DNA of 52,960 nt, counting the filler, from Porpidia crustulata (lineage: Eukaryota): NCBI GenBank assembly GCA_964255105.1. It is 3 parts of 3 records of this genome, joined end to end, with 100 filler letters (N's around TTAATTAATTAA, not from the genome) between each part and the next. Parts side by side here need not be neighbours in the genome. Positions count along the whole stretch, not along the records: positions 1 to 17,618 come from CAXUWE010000211.1; 2 more parts are not named here. One strand, 5' to 3'. The notes beneath the pieces are model-generated. The model searched no databases. It worked only from the letters and a program-made list of their open reading frames with translations, and was not told where the DNA came from. Shown here one piece after another: positions 1-10,012 of this stretch. The position numbers and the translations under genes were made by a program. Numbering within the stretch: position 1 is the stretch's first letter; each line of letters opens with the position of its first letter.

Positions 1-353
1 GCTTGAATTAATAATACGTCTGTGATGAGAAAAGCCGACGATCTGTTAATAAGAGGGTTCCGATCCGATCCCATCGAACATCATATCGGTTTGGAAGATT
101 GTTGTTTTTTTTTCACCGGGGTTGTGGAAAGGGAGGGGATGTGTGAAGGGGTTAGATGAAGCCCTAGGAGAGGGAAGCGGATATGATGGTCTTATTGCGA
201 AGGGTGTGTGGAGCCCCCAGCGGGAGATACTGATGTGGTGCGATGTGTCGGGCATGCACGGAGCGTTCGAGTGGAGTATACGCGGAGTACTGGGTGGAGC
301 GTATACGGAACACTAATTGGATCCTGCTGAAACAACATACAAACTCCTTTTCC

Positions 354-1817
354 TTACCCCAATTTCCTCCGGCTTTCTTGACCTCCACCAGACGCCGTAG
401 CTTCATTGGAGATCTGGGAAGCAGCCCGTCGCCTGACTTTCGCCATCTTTTCCTCTGCATCCCAATCAGGAATCATCCGAAGGCAAACAGCTAACGCCTC
501 CTTGACCATGACCAATCGCTCGTTGATTCCATATTCAATGATGTTCTTAACGCACGCTCGGAATTGACGCAGATCTTTAAGCTTCTTGAACGAAAAAGAA
601 TCCACTTCCGAGCTTAGAAACCGAGGCGGCTCGTTGTCCGTTCTCCAGCTCTGCCAATGAACCCACAATGAACCAAAATCCGCATCGGCAACACAGGAGA
701 AAGCCAGCGAGTCAATCATTTTGCGTTGCACTTCTGGTGCTCTGGTGTACTTCAAGAGCGTTTCAATCGAGCTGACACAATGAGTGCCGGTTCCAGCGTT
801 TTGATTCTCGGCGACCCAGTGGGTTCCGCCGCGAGATCCTGATTTGAACTCCACTGCAAAGAACGGCCAGTAGCTAGCTGTGGTAGGGTGTGAGAACGCG
901 CTCAAACGATTATGCCGCATCACGGCGGATTCAACCGGATCGAAGCTCTCACGAGGATAACCGTAGTGAAGATCGGGCCTTGGCGTGACGATAGGTGGAA
1001 GGTTGAGGCCTCGAGTGAAAGGGAGGGCCGTTTGATCAAATGGAACGCTTCCTCCAACCGCAATTTGGTTCTTGTAAACTCTTCGGGTTGGGAAAAGGTT
1101 TGTGGCATCAAATCCTTTTCGTGTCGTTGCTTCATCGGCGTTGGCTAGCTCAGACAATTCCTCGCGGATAGCGAAACAGTCTTCGTCATTAAGACCCGGA
1201 GAGGTGCGTTCTTTTTGAAGTAGGTCCTGCGCAAAGGTACGTACAGATTCGGGTATCAAATTTCCATATGAATCTATGTAAACGTAATGACTCTGAAGTT
1301 CGTCCCTGTAAGCTGGTGATTGAACTCGATTTGACTTTCTTGAATCATCTTTCGAGTCAGAAAACAATCCGTTCTGCAGAAGTAATGGTTGAGCCGTCGG
1401 TACAAAAGATTGCGACGATGACTCAAGGCCAATTGATGACTCTGTAGTACCAGGAACTGATGCTAATGTGGGAGTATGGGGTCTGGTGGCTGCCGGCAAC
1501 GACCGCGGAGAGGGAGGACGAGAAGGAGGTACATTTCTGGTGGTTGGTGGAGTGGTTCTAGATTTCGGCATTTCGCTGGAACGATGTTGCTGGCCTTGAA
1601 GGTCGCGCATGAGATAACTGTCGGAACGACTGCGCTCCAGTGGCGACGGTAGAAGTTCAAGCCACTCGCAAATGTTGTCTGATGGTAAAGAGGAGTGATT
1701 CTGCCTCTTGCAGGGCCGCCGGTCGCCGCTTGTCTCTTCGGAGGCGTCGTTGAGCTGTGAGACTTTTCTCTTCGAAGACCGAGTAGGTTGAGGGCACTGA
1801 ATTTCGAGATCCAGCAT
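354..1817 (-). CDS. Hypothetical protein with disordered N-terminus and PD-(D/E)xK nuclease-like C-terminal domain (DUF7924-like fungal family)
   Basis: Intronless 487-aa ORF. Motifs PRPDLHYGY...WPFFAVEFKS...AENQNA resemble the PD...ExK fungal family. Family assignment is from recall. Confidence 0.7.
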   Translation of the reverse strand: MLDLEIQCPQPTRSSKRKVSQLNDASEETSGDRRPCKRQNHSSLPSDNICEWLELLPSPLERSRSDSYLMRDLQGQQHRSSEMPKSRTTPPTTRNVPPSRPPSPRSLPAATRPHTPTLASVPGTTESSIGLESSSQSFVPTAQPLLLQNGLFSDSKDDSRKSNRVQSPAYRDELQSHYVYIDSYGNLIPESVRTFAQDLLQKERTSPGLNDEDCFAIREELSELANADEATTRKGFDATNLFPTRRVYKNQIAVGGSVPFDQTALPFTRGLNLPPIVTPRPDLHYGYPRESFDPVESAVMRHNRLSAFSHPTTASYWPFFAVEFKSGSRGGTHWVAENQNAGTGTHCVSSIETLLKYTRAPEVQRKMIDSLAFSCVADADFGSLWVHWQSWRTDNEPPRFLSSEVDSFSFKKLKDLRQFRACVKNIIEYGINERLVMVKEALAVCLRMIPDWDAEEKMAKVRRRAASQISNEATASGGGQESRRKLG

Positions 1818-2940
1818 GTTATGGGAGGAGTGGAGAAGCAGAGGGGGGGGGGGGAAGATTGGCGGCTACGAAGAGAGAAGCAGGCGGCTGCGTGGAGGGA
1901 AGGAAACCTCGCTAACGGAAGGCCAATCAAACGATCGGCGTTAAAGTCGGATTTACGAGCAATAGAGTACACCGTCGCAAGTACGAATATCATACGGCAA
2001 CGTGTTCTACAATGTAGTAGAAGGGGCGTTTGGAAAACTCCATTCTTTGCAGCTAAGCCGATGAGGATGTTTGAAGAGCAGATAAAGGAGGCTTGGCTGT
2101 CGTCTAATCATCATTTTATGATCATCTAATGACTTCTAGGAATGTCACTTTATGGCTGGTGTAAGGAACATCGCACGCGTTATTCACGAGTGATCAGTGT
2201 CACAGCCTGCCTCGCTCTTACTAGTATCTGCATTTGAATGTGTGGGAAAAGCGAAGAAACCCAATCTACCAATTTCGGATGCAAGAATGTAGATTCCTAA
2301 CCTTGAGACTGAAAAACATTAGCAAGTGAACAGCAACTCATGGGATGAATCAGACCGACAGAGATGCTGTGATGAAAGTCCTCTACATTTGGCACATCAT
2401 TCTGCCATCTAACGTGGATTTAGAAGATGGATTCGATGTGGAACAAATGCGAATTTGACGAATTGTTGATTTAATTTCAACTCTGTTGAATAGGTCGTTG
2501 ATGGTACTGTTATCCCAGGAGGCCCCGCCCAGGGAGCACAGGCCCGACTTGGGGGCAGCTCTTTTGATCCAGTGAAACGAGCGAGATGCTGTAAGGCTAC
2601 GCGGCAGCGGGCCAACGACTTTGTTTCGGGCCGATCCAGAAATGGCTGATGAAAGGATGCTGAAGACGAACCCAGAACGGAATTTCGAAGGGGCCGTCGA
2701 AAAAGAATGCTAGACACGGGGCGGCGAACCGTGAGATGAACGCGGGAGAAACTAGCCAGAAACGAATGTTTGAGAGGGAGCCGAAGGATGATGCTGGTCT
2801 AATATCAAGCGCTGAGGATAAGGGACGAGATTGATGTATTCATTCTTCTTAAATTTACTTTTTAATACTTATCTTTCTTCAATTCATCTTCTTAAAATAT
2901 CTCTTTCAAATTTATCTCCTTAAATTTATCTGCTCAATTA

Positions 2941-3076
2941 TCTGGATCCACTTCTTAGTCGAATACACCCCTTAGTCGAACACTGCATCTAGGGTTAGGG
3001 CCCAATATATTTTGAGCCCTAACCTTAGGGGCGATGTTTGATTGAGGGGTGTATTCGATTGAGGGGTGGATACGGG
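2941..3076. mobile_element. 136-bp near-palindromic MITE, Tc1/mariner-like (TA flanks), with TTAGGG/CCCTAA motifs
   Basis: Left arm tctggatccacttcttagtcgaatacaccccttagtcgaacac...tagggttagggcccaa matches the reverse complement of the right arm, cccgtatccacccctcaatcgaatacacccctcaatcaaacatc...taaggttagggctcaa. TA at 2939-2940 and 3077-3078. Confidence 0.8.
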
Positions 3077-3238
3077 TAAGCCCTTCCCTACCTGAATTCT
3101 AAATCCGTCTCCCCAAACTTACCTCCCCCAAAATCCATCTCCCAAATCCACCTTTCAAAATTAAGTCCTTCTGGGGGATAAATATGGGGAGGTAGATTTG
3201 AGAGGATAGATTCTGAGGGGTGAGTTTTGGGGGGGGGA

Positions 3239-3383
3239 TGTTACGACCAAACAGTAGTAGCACATGGCCCAATGGGCCAGGTCGAACGACTTAATATTTC
3301 GCCTTTTGGTGGTGCAGTTGGGGCGGGTGCGCCCCCCGAGCTTCCTGACCCGGGTAAACATGTGCCTGGGGGTTGTCGTAGCA
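3239..3383. mobile_element. Solo LTR (145 bp)
   Basis: Starts TGTTACGAC and ends GTCGTAGCA (TG...CA, 8/9 inverted match). Exact 5-bp target-site duplication GGGGA at 3234-3238 and 3384-3388. Confidence 0.8.
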
Positions 3384-3722
3384 GGGGATTTTTGAGGGTA
3401 TGGGTTGGGGAGAGATAATTTTCGGAAGATAGATTTGAGGGAACGACTTCAAGAAATTAGGGAGATGGATTTGAAGAAAGTATTGTTTAATCGATTAATT
3501 GTTAATTGTTGATTATTTACTTTAAGCTGTTGAAAGTTAAATTCTGAAAATCGAAAATCGAAAATCAAAAAATTAGGTATTTCCTTTTGATCGATATGGT
3601 ATAGCATCATATGACAATACTGATTACCTACTCCAAATACTCTAGCAAACCCTCTATGTCTTTGCAGCTAAAATACACGATGGTCTGGAGCAACACACAC
3701 GGAAGCTAAAAGTCATCCAAGC

Positions 3723-5897
3723 TCATTCAAGAGATGGATGGAATCGAATTTCTGCAAGCAGTTCCTTTGTCTTCATCAGTTGTGTTCCCATCGCTCGAAA
3801 TGAAGGTGCGCCATGTGATAGTGGAGCATTACTAACATAGAGTGACTTTTCCTCTACCATTGCAGCCGTCCATTGAGCGAGTACCACAGCGCCAGCCGCA
3901 ACCAAGCCGAATCCTCTGCATCCAATCCACTCATACAGAAGTACCGAAACAGTAACGGGAGACCTTATCGTACCACACAGGACGGCACCTGCAGCGGCTA
4001 TAGCGTACATATCGGGGCTACGTAGTGCGGTGTAACCGTCTTGCGAATCTAAGATTGAGGGATTTCGAGAAAGTGTGAGAAAGTTAATGCTCAAGCCGAC
4101 GACTTGGCCAAAAAGAGCTCCTATTGTCAAAGCTGGCAAAAGGCATCCTGCTGGTACAGAGATGCCAATAGCTATAACAGTGCAGAAGAACTGGATCGCG
4201 AAATCGGCGAAGAGTTCTCGGACTAGTGCTGGAGTCTCGGATGTTGGTGTACCAGTACTATGCGTGACCTTGGTCAAAAGTTGTTGGGTAGGCAAACGTA
4301 GAGTGCGACACCAAGAGCAAAGAAGGCCTGTTGACAAGGCTACTAGAACAACTTCTAGAAGAGGGAAGCGCCCGATGATGTGAGATTGCTGAACTCTATG
4401 TGTCCAAATACGAACAGACTTGAACAACAAAGCACCGATCAGGCCACCAACTGGGCCAAGAGAAAACAGCGTTACCACCCCAGTCAAGTCTCTTGGGTCA
4501 AGAGATATACAGCTCCTCTGGGCTATGAAAGGTTCCCGACCAGGCACCATAATTTACAGAACGAGAGTGCTTGTGAGGCATGTCAGAAATATTTTCCGAA
4601 TATTTTCTCTTCGCGCAACCGAGCTGTCAAGGGCCAAACGCGGCCAGCTGACTGCTTTCATTCGGGACTTCCCTTGTGAAGCTCATACCCGAATTCCTCG
4701 AGTGCAAAAACAGTGCCAGCAAAGGGTACACCGAAGGCTGCCGCAAAGCCACAAGCTGCACTGGACCTTAGGGTACTTCTCCTTCCTTTGTGACCCGTCT
4801 CTGCGTCTATCATACCGAATGTTTCGCCCAACTGGCACACAATAGAACCAATGCAGGTTGCAATGTGGACGTACGGTCCTCCCTTTCCAACTCTGAGCCC
4901 TGATGCATTACTGAAGACAAGTGCTGCTGATTCACGACGAGAACTCTGAAGTTGAGAAAACCTGAGATAACCCAGCCCTTGAGGATGAGTTTGACTTCCG
5001 GAATGCCGCTACCAGTGAACCACGATCGTGGCAAGATACTGGAGGGTGGCAATGCAATATCTCGATCTACAATCAACCCGGATTCCTTGGGAGACTTGGC
5101 GGCTAGCTGCAGGAAGTATGAGCAACATGCTAACACAACAATGCCAGCGATGTATGCAACGGCTTCAACCCAGCTCCTTTCCATACTATGACCAATGGTA
5201 GCGGTCAAGTCGACCCATGTTGCACAGTGGGTATCTGTTGTCCGTTAGTAGTTATCTCGAGGGACATAATTCTTTGCAACGATGACTAACGTTTCAAACA
5301 GCACAACTCACGACTTAGATACCACGCATTGCTACAGTAGCCCTGCTTCAGATCAGATATTAGGGAAGAAAGACAGTCGAGCGCAGTGACAAGAAGGGAT
5401 GTGAAGACGGCAATAGCGGCGAGAGAGCCTGTTTCACGGAAGGCATCAAAATCGGCGGAGCAGTATACACGAAACCTAAGACGGTTTAGCACCGAGTCAT
5501 TCAAAATAATCAGCAAATACTCGCCTCTCTAAGGGATAACATGGTTTTCTATGATCAGTGACGTTGCAAGGTATCCAACCTAGCTTAGGTGATGAGCTTA
5601 TCAGGGCAGTTCAACGGACCTGGTCCCGCCTCAGTGCAAAGCAAGGGAACACACGCACCATTCGGGCAAGACTGTAAAGTTTTGAGTGATTGTCAGTCAA
5701 GCCTCAGACTCATCGACCAACAGTTGCGACATTGGACATCGACATTGAAGCAACCAATACAATGCCAGAGTACTTACCAGGGGAGCTCCTCGCACCTGCG
5801 GCGAATTATCAGAACCTGTCAAGGAAGCGCCGTTGTATCTTCTATTTGCTGATCCTTGCCTGTTATCTAGCAAGCTTAAGCGTTCATGGAGTGCCAT
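3723..5897 (-). pseudogene. CLC-family chloride channel/antiporter pseudogene (GEF1-like)
   Basis: Contains GSGIPEVK, GKGGPYVH (normally GKEGP), FGVPFAGTVFALEE and GYCSNAWYLSRELCC. 1-nt frameshift near 4930 and in-frame TAA at 4554-4556. No CBS domains seen. The 5' start (ATG 5897) is tentative. Confidence 0.8.
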
Positions 5898-6879
5898 TGT
5901 GGTGCGGTTATCCCTTTTCACGGGGGATGCACGTGACTTATTTCTCATTCATGCGTTCGAGAATTGGGTACTTTTCTCAACATATTCTCGTTTCTTTCAA
6001 TCGCGGAGCTCAAGGACGGTCTCCATGTTTTGTTAGGTAGACGTAACGATCCAGGCGGTTGAGAAGTCTTACCGCTTACTATTGGAAATCCATTTGACTC
6101 CGAGCAGGATTACCAAAGACGTCCGGCCGAATCAGGCGATGAATATGTGGCCTGGCAGATTTGGACCGAATACCATGCTCAGCTTGCTCTAGGTCTGTAG
6201 GGTTGAGTCATACATTCAGAGTAAGGAAGAGTACAGTGAAGCGGTCGAAGCATCTGTACCGCCAGTTAGCTGCAAGATTCGTACTTGCCAATATTTTCGA
6301 TGGAATTGATGTTTCTTCCAAGTTCCAACAAGGAATTCAGGTACGAGTCCGTAAAACATCGAGTCTTTTTTAACCTGACTAAGGTTTTTCTTTGCCTATT
6401 GCTAAAGCGATTAGAATATACAATGCGAGAAAGATTGCTGTGATCATTAAAGAACCTCCCAGCGCTTGATCTTGATGTGCCCCTGTGGTATTCATCAGTT
6501 CTATTATACAAAATTACATATAAGATCTCTGTGCCTCTGGACTAAAGTGCCAGTTCGAAGAACCTATGGATGGTCCGATGATCAAACCAGATGTACATAT
6601 ATCTCCGGTACCCATGGTGGTGCGCGGCTACAATCAGAAAACTGTAGAGTAAGGCAAGTCGGCCGCACCTCATGTTGTGGTATTTGCTTTTCCGCAGTGC
6701 TATTGCAGTCTGCGGTGAAAAGAGACCTATGTACATGAAACTACATATTTTATGAAAGAATGAGACACCAGGCGAATATCAACATTAGCAAGGTACTAAG
6801 TTGCGATAGACGACGACGATGATCGGCTGTTCCATGTCATTACTGTTCCAACTCCACTCGCTTCCACGAGCTCGCGGCT

Positions 6880-7998
6880 CTATCCTTCCACTGTCACCGT
6901 TGCGGGCAATGCGGACTCCTTCCTCTGCATATCATCGGTCCAAGCCCCAGCGTTGTACCCGTCCTTGTGAAGTTGCGCAAATCGCTCCTTGACGTGCTGG
7001 CCGGCGTAGACGCCTTGGAATTGCTTTGGATTGTCCTTAGTGCAGCATTCTGCCAACGGCTCGATGAGAGCATCGCGGTTAGGATGACCAAAGAAGGAGA
7101 TCGCGTATCGAGCTGGCACAATACCAGTTGCTGAGGATTGGGGGCATAGTCTGGCAGGTGGTTCCACTACCCGGTATTCTGTGGACTTGATGCTGCCATT
7201 GAACCATCTTGATAGGAGGTCGGCCACTGGCAAATCGAAGGTGTCAGTCAATCATGTCTCGGTCTGACAAGCTTATGGGCAAATCGGAAAGGTAGGTCTA
7301 CGTACCGTTGATGATTGCGTGTCCTGGCATTGGAGGTGCATCCACCCATTGCTTATCCTTACCCCGTACTTGCAAGCCACCCGCCAAGTCATTGAAAAGC
7401 AGTGTCAGCGTTCCAAAATCCGTGTGCGGTGCGGCTCTGACACGGTCCTTGAAGCTACTAATTGTCGTCTCGGGATAGTACAACAGCGCGCAAAAGTGGT
7501 CCTTGCCCGCGACAGATGGTAGCAGGGCGTCTGGCTTCATTCCAACTTCTTTGGCAAGAGCCTCGAGAAGGTCCACATGAATATTATGGCACTCTTCAAA
7601 GAGTGCCGATATGCCTTTCTGTAGCTCTGGCATATCTCTCGGCCACATGTTCGGCCTGGTAGGGTCGTTATCGTCGCCCAAGCCGAAAGCTTCCTTTTGG
7701 TCGCTACGCTCCGGATTCTTCGCTGTGTGTTTGGGCGAGAACTAGCCATGAAATTGGTTCTTTTCGCCCCCCTCAAGCGCAGTTTTTTGTTCGTCTGATC
7801 TCTCAAAAACAATTTGATGAGACCAAAAAGGTGTTGAATGCGTTCTTCGGAAAATGGATGTTTGAGATAGGCAAATCCGACGTCGTGAAACGCGCGGAAC
7901 AGATTAGTTCTTTCAGCAGCGGACGTTGAATCGTCTGTAGAGATGATTCGATTGTAGTCAATCACTGGAAGAGCAGCTTGACTCCCTTTAGCGGCCAT
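6880..7998 (-). pseudogene. 2-oxoglutarate/Fe(II) dioxygenase (isopenicillin N synthase-like) pseudogene
   Basis: LPVID...GFAYLKH N-terminal domain, HTDFGTLTLLF, GGLQV, RYAISFF. Intron 7227-7305. Frameshift near 7805-7810, in-frame TAG at 7742-7744, and distal Fe ligand motif STEHR reads STEYR (7174-7176). Confidence 0.85.
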
Positions 7999-8870
7999 TG
8001 TGGATGTTGTCTTTATCGATCTTTGTCTTTATCAGAGATGGTCGAGCTAGTAAGACAGGGCAACTACTATCTCTTTTCTTCGATTTTGTTTTCGCCGCCA
8101 GAATCTATGACGGAAATATGCTCTTTGAACACGCAGCTGATGCAACGATAGAGCACGACGGGTGTTCCGAAAGCTTGTGCATGCGGGCCATTCTCAGCCT
8201 ACCCAAGCGTGAGTGCAAGCAATTCCGAACCCTCATCAAGAGCTGAGGAGAATCTGCCATCAGGGCTTCAGCCGGAACCTTACAAACGGGACTGCATTTC
8301 GAACCCAAGATTCTCGGATTTCCTGCCTGCGGACTACATTCTTCCGAATATTTTTCGTCCTGAAGGGCTGTCAGATCAACCATGATCGGACCACTCTTAC
8401 GCCTTTGGCAAGCCCTACGTTAATCATCAAGTCAAGCAACCCATGCGTACTACAGCTTACGCAGGCGTCGATCACTACACCAGTTTACGAGGGAGCGGCT
8501 GCAGGCTCTGAGCTCTTTCTGTCGGTAAGAGTCAATTGAGGTTTTATTGCGCAGTCAACTAACGAACATGCTCGCGGATCTGACGATAACCCCTCACCGT
8601 TGAAGTTGTCTGTTTTTTGGATCCAGCTACAGGGCAGAGTGTGGACGATCTACACTCCGTGGCATAGATTTCTACGAGTGCACAGGTCATCCAATATCCT
8701 TCCACGCTATTGACTACAATCAGATACAGGGCGCTGTGCCGACCCTTTGCAGTCAATGTTAGGGCGTGATATAAGACATGTATGCATTGCGGGAGATGGC
8801 GAATTACCAGGTACGATCCAATCTCTATTTCACAGTTCTTGTATGATTTGGGTCAGGGCAGATTCCCAAA

Positions 8871-9518
8871 ATGGTCTTCACATCTCGGTTTCCAAAACCG
8901 AATCTCCCCAGCAGCGACGTCTTCAACTACATTTTCCATCACGGGCGCCGCAACTATCCTTGGAGCAGAGTTATTTACAACGTCGATCAGACAGATGAAA
9001 AGTTTACTTTGGCCGAGCTGGAGGAGAAGAGCCGTTGCTTCGCTAGTGTACTGACCATGCTGTATAACATAGCTCCCGGAGATGTCGTTTCCATTTTTGC
9101 ACGAGATGATGTACGTTTTCTTCATTTAACGACACGCTTAGATCGTCGTGGCCGTCGGTATGCCTATCTAGCCGCCGGCGGCAACACGTCGAACGGTCAC
9201 TCAAACGGCCACGCATACGACGGTAGATCCACGAACGGTTTGTACAAGGATAGTGCAGTCCACAGCGCCCTCACCATCCTCTCGTCTCCGGGCGATGGTC
9301 TGCTCACCTCGAAGAACGGTGGCCTCCACGTCATTCCCGCCCAGGAGCCAACTGTGGCGCTTGCTTTGCTGGGAAAACTCTATCCCGAGAATGTGGTGCT
9401 ACTCTCCAAAGGCGGAAGTCCGGCGGCAGTCGAGAAGGCGGGCAAGTCATTCGAACCGAAGGTCGTGATTGTGGGGGGTTCGACCGTGGCGGTGCCAAAG
9501 GCGGCTTTCGGGGGATGA
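8871..9518 (+). pseudogene. Truncated or internally deleted 4-coumarate-CoA-ligase-like (AMP-binding) gene joined to an unidentified C-terminal segment
   Basis: The first ~80 aa (MVFTSRFP..DVFNYIF..FTLAELEEKSR..PGDVVSIFA) match the N-terminus of fungal 4CL-like enzymes, followed by donor GTACGT at 9111. No SSGTTGxPK AMP-binding motif follows. Confidence 0.65.
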
Positions 9519-9740
9519 ACGATTGAAAGGCAACGCTTTCTATCAGCAAAGGCCGCTTTGACTTGTGCCACTGGTCAGAAATGCCTCGGAAAACTGAGAT
9601 CGGTCAACATAGGGGTAGCTCTTGGTGGTTTGCTAGCATTATGAAAATGTACGATAGAAATTGAATGCCATGATCGGGTTCACACACCTTCCCAATCTTT
9701 TGATACCGCAAATTGTCGTCCACTAAAGTCCAAGACTAGC

Positions 9741-9893
9741 ATGTCACTGGCAATCACATCCGTAATCAAGCTGTGACTATTCATCAGTCTAGTCTCAGGA
9801 ACAAGCACATGTTTCAAAGGCGGAATGTCACCAGGAATCACATTTGTAATCAAGCTATGGCTATTCCTAAGTTTAGTCTCAGGATTAAGCTCA
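9741..9893. repeat. Two-copy direct tandem repeat, 84-bp period
   Basis: atgtcactggcaatcacatccgtaatcaagctgtgactattcatcagtctagtctcagga (9741) vs atgtcaccaggaatcacatttgtaatcaagctatggctattcctaagtttagtctcagga (9825). Confidence 0.85.
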
Positions 9894-10012
9894 TTTGTGA
9901 CCGGTCTTTCCTTCAGCTTCTCGTTTCTTCGATCAAGAGGGCAGTCGCCTTCACTTTCGACGGCTCCACTCCGATCACCCGCCAGCACCATAATCCCCTA
10001 TCTCGCCTGTGC

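Larger units (their letters stand above)
2873..3480. mobile_element. Degenerate foldback-type element with long inverted arms built of ~13-14-bp subrepeats; hosts two nested insertions
   Basis: The pyrimidine-rich arm (~2873-3160; ctttcttcaattcatct..., aaatccatctccc units) mirrors the purine-rich arm (~3170-3480; ...ggagatggatttgaagaaag). Confidence 0.6.

Noticed and set aside
2508..5541. TGTTATCCC ... GGGATAACA inverted 9-mer pair suggesting a 3-kb element
   Set aside because: Flanks (ggtac vs tggtt) give no TSD and the right copy lies inside the CLC relic; likely chance.
6040..6520. Intron-like signals and an 81-aa minus-strand ORF
   Set aside because: No recognisable protein similarity; insufficient support for a gene call.
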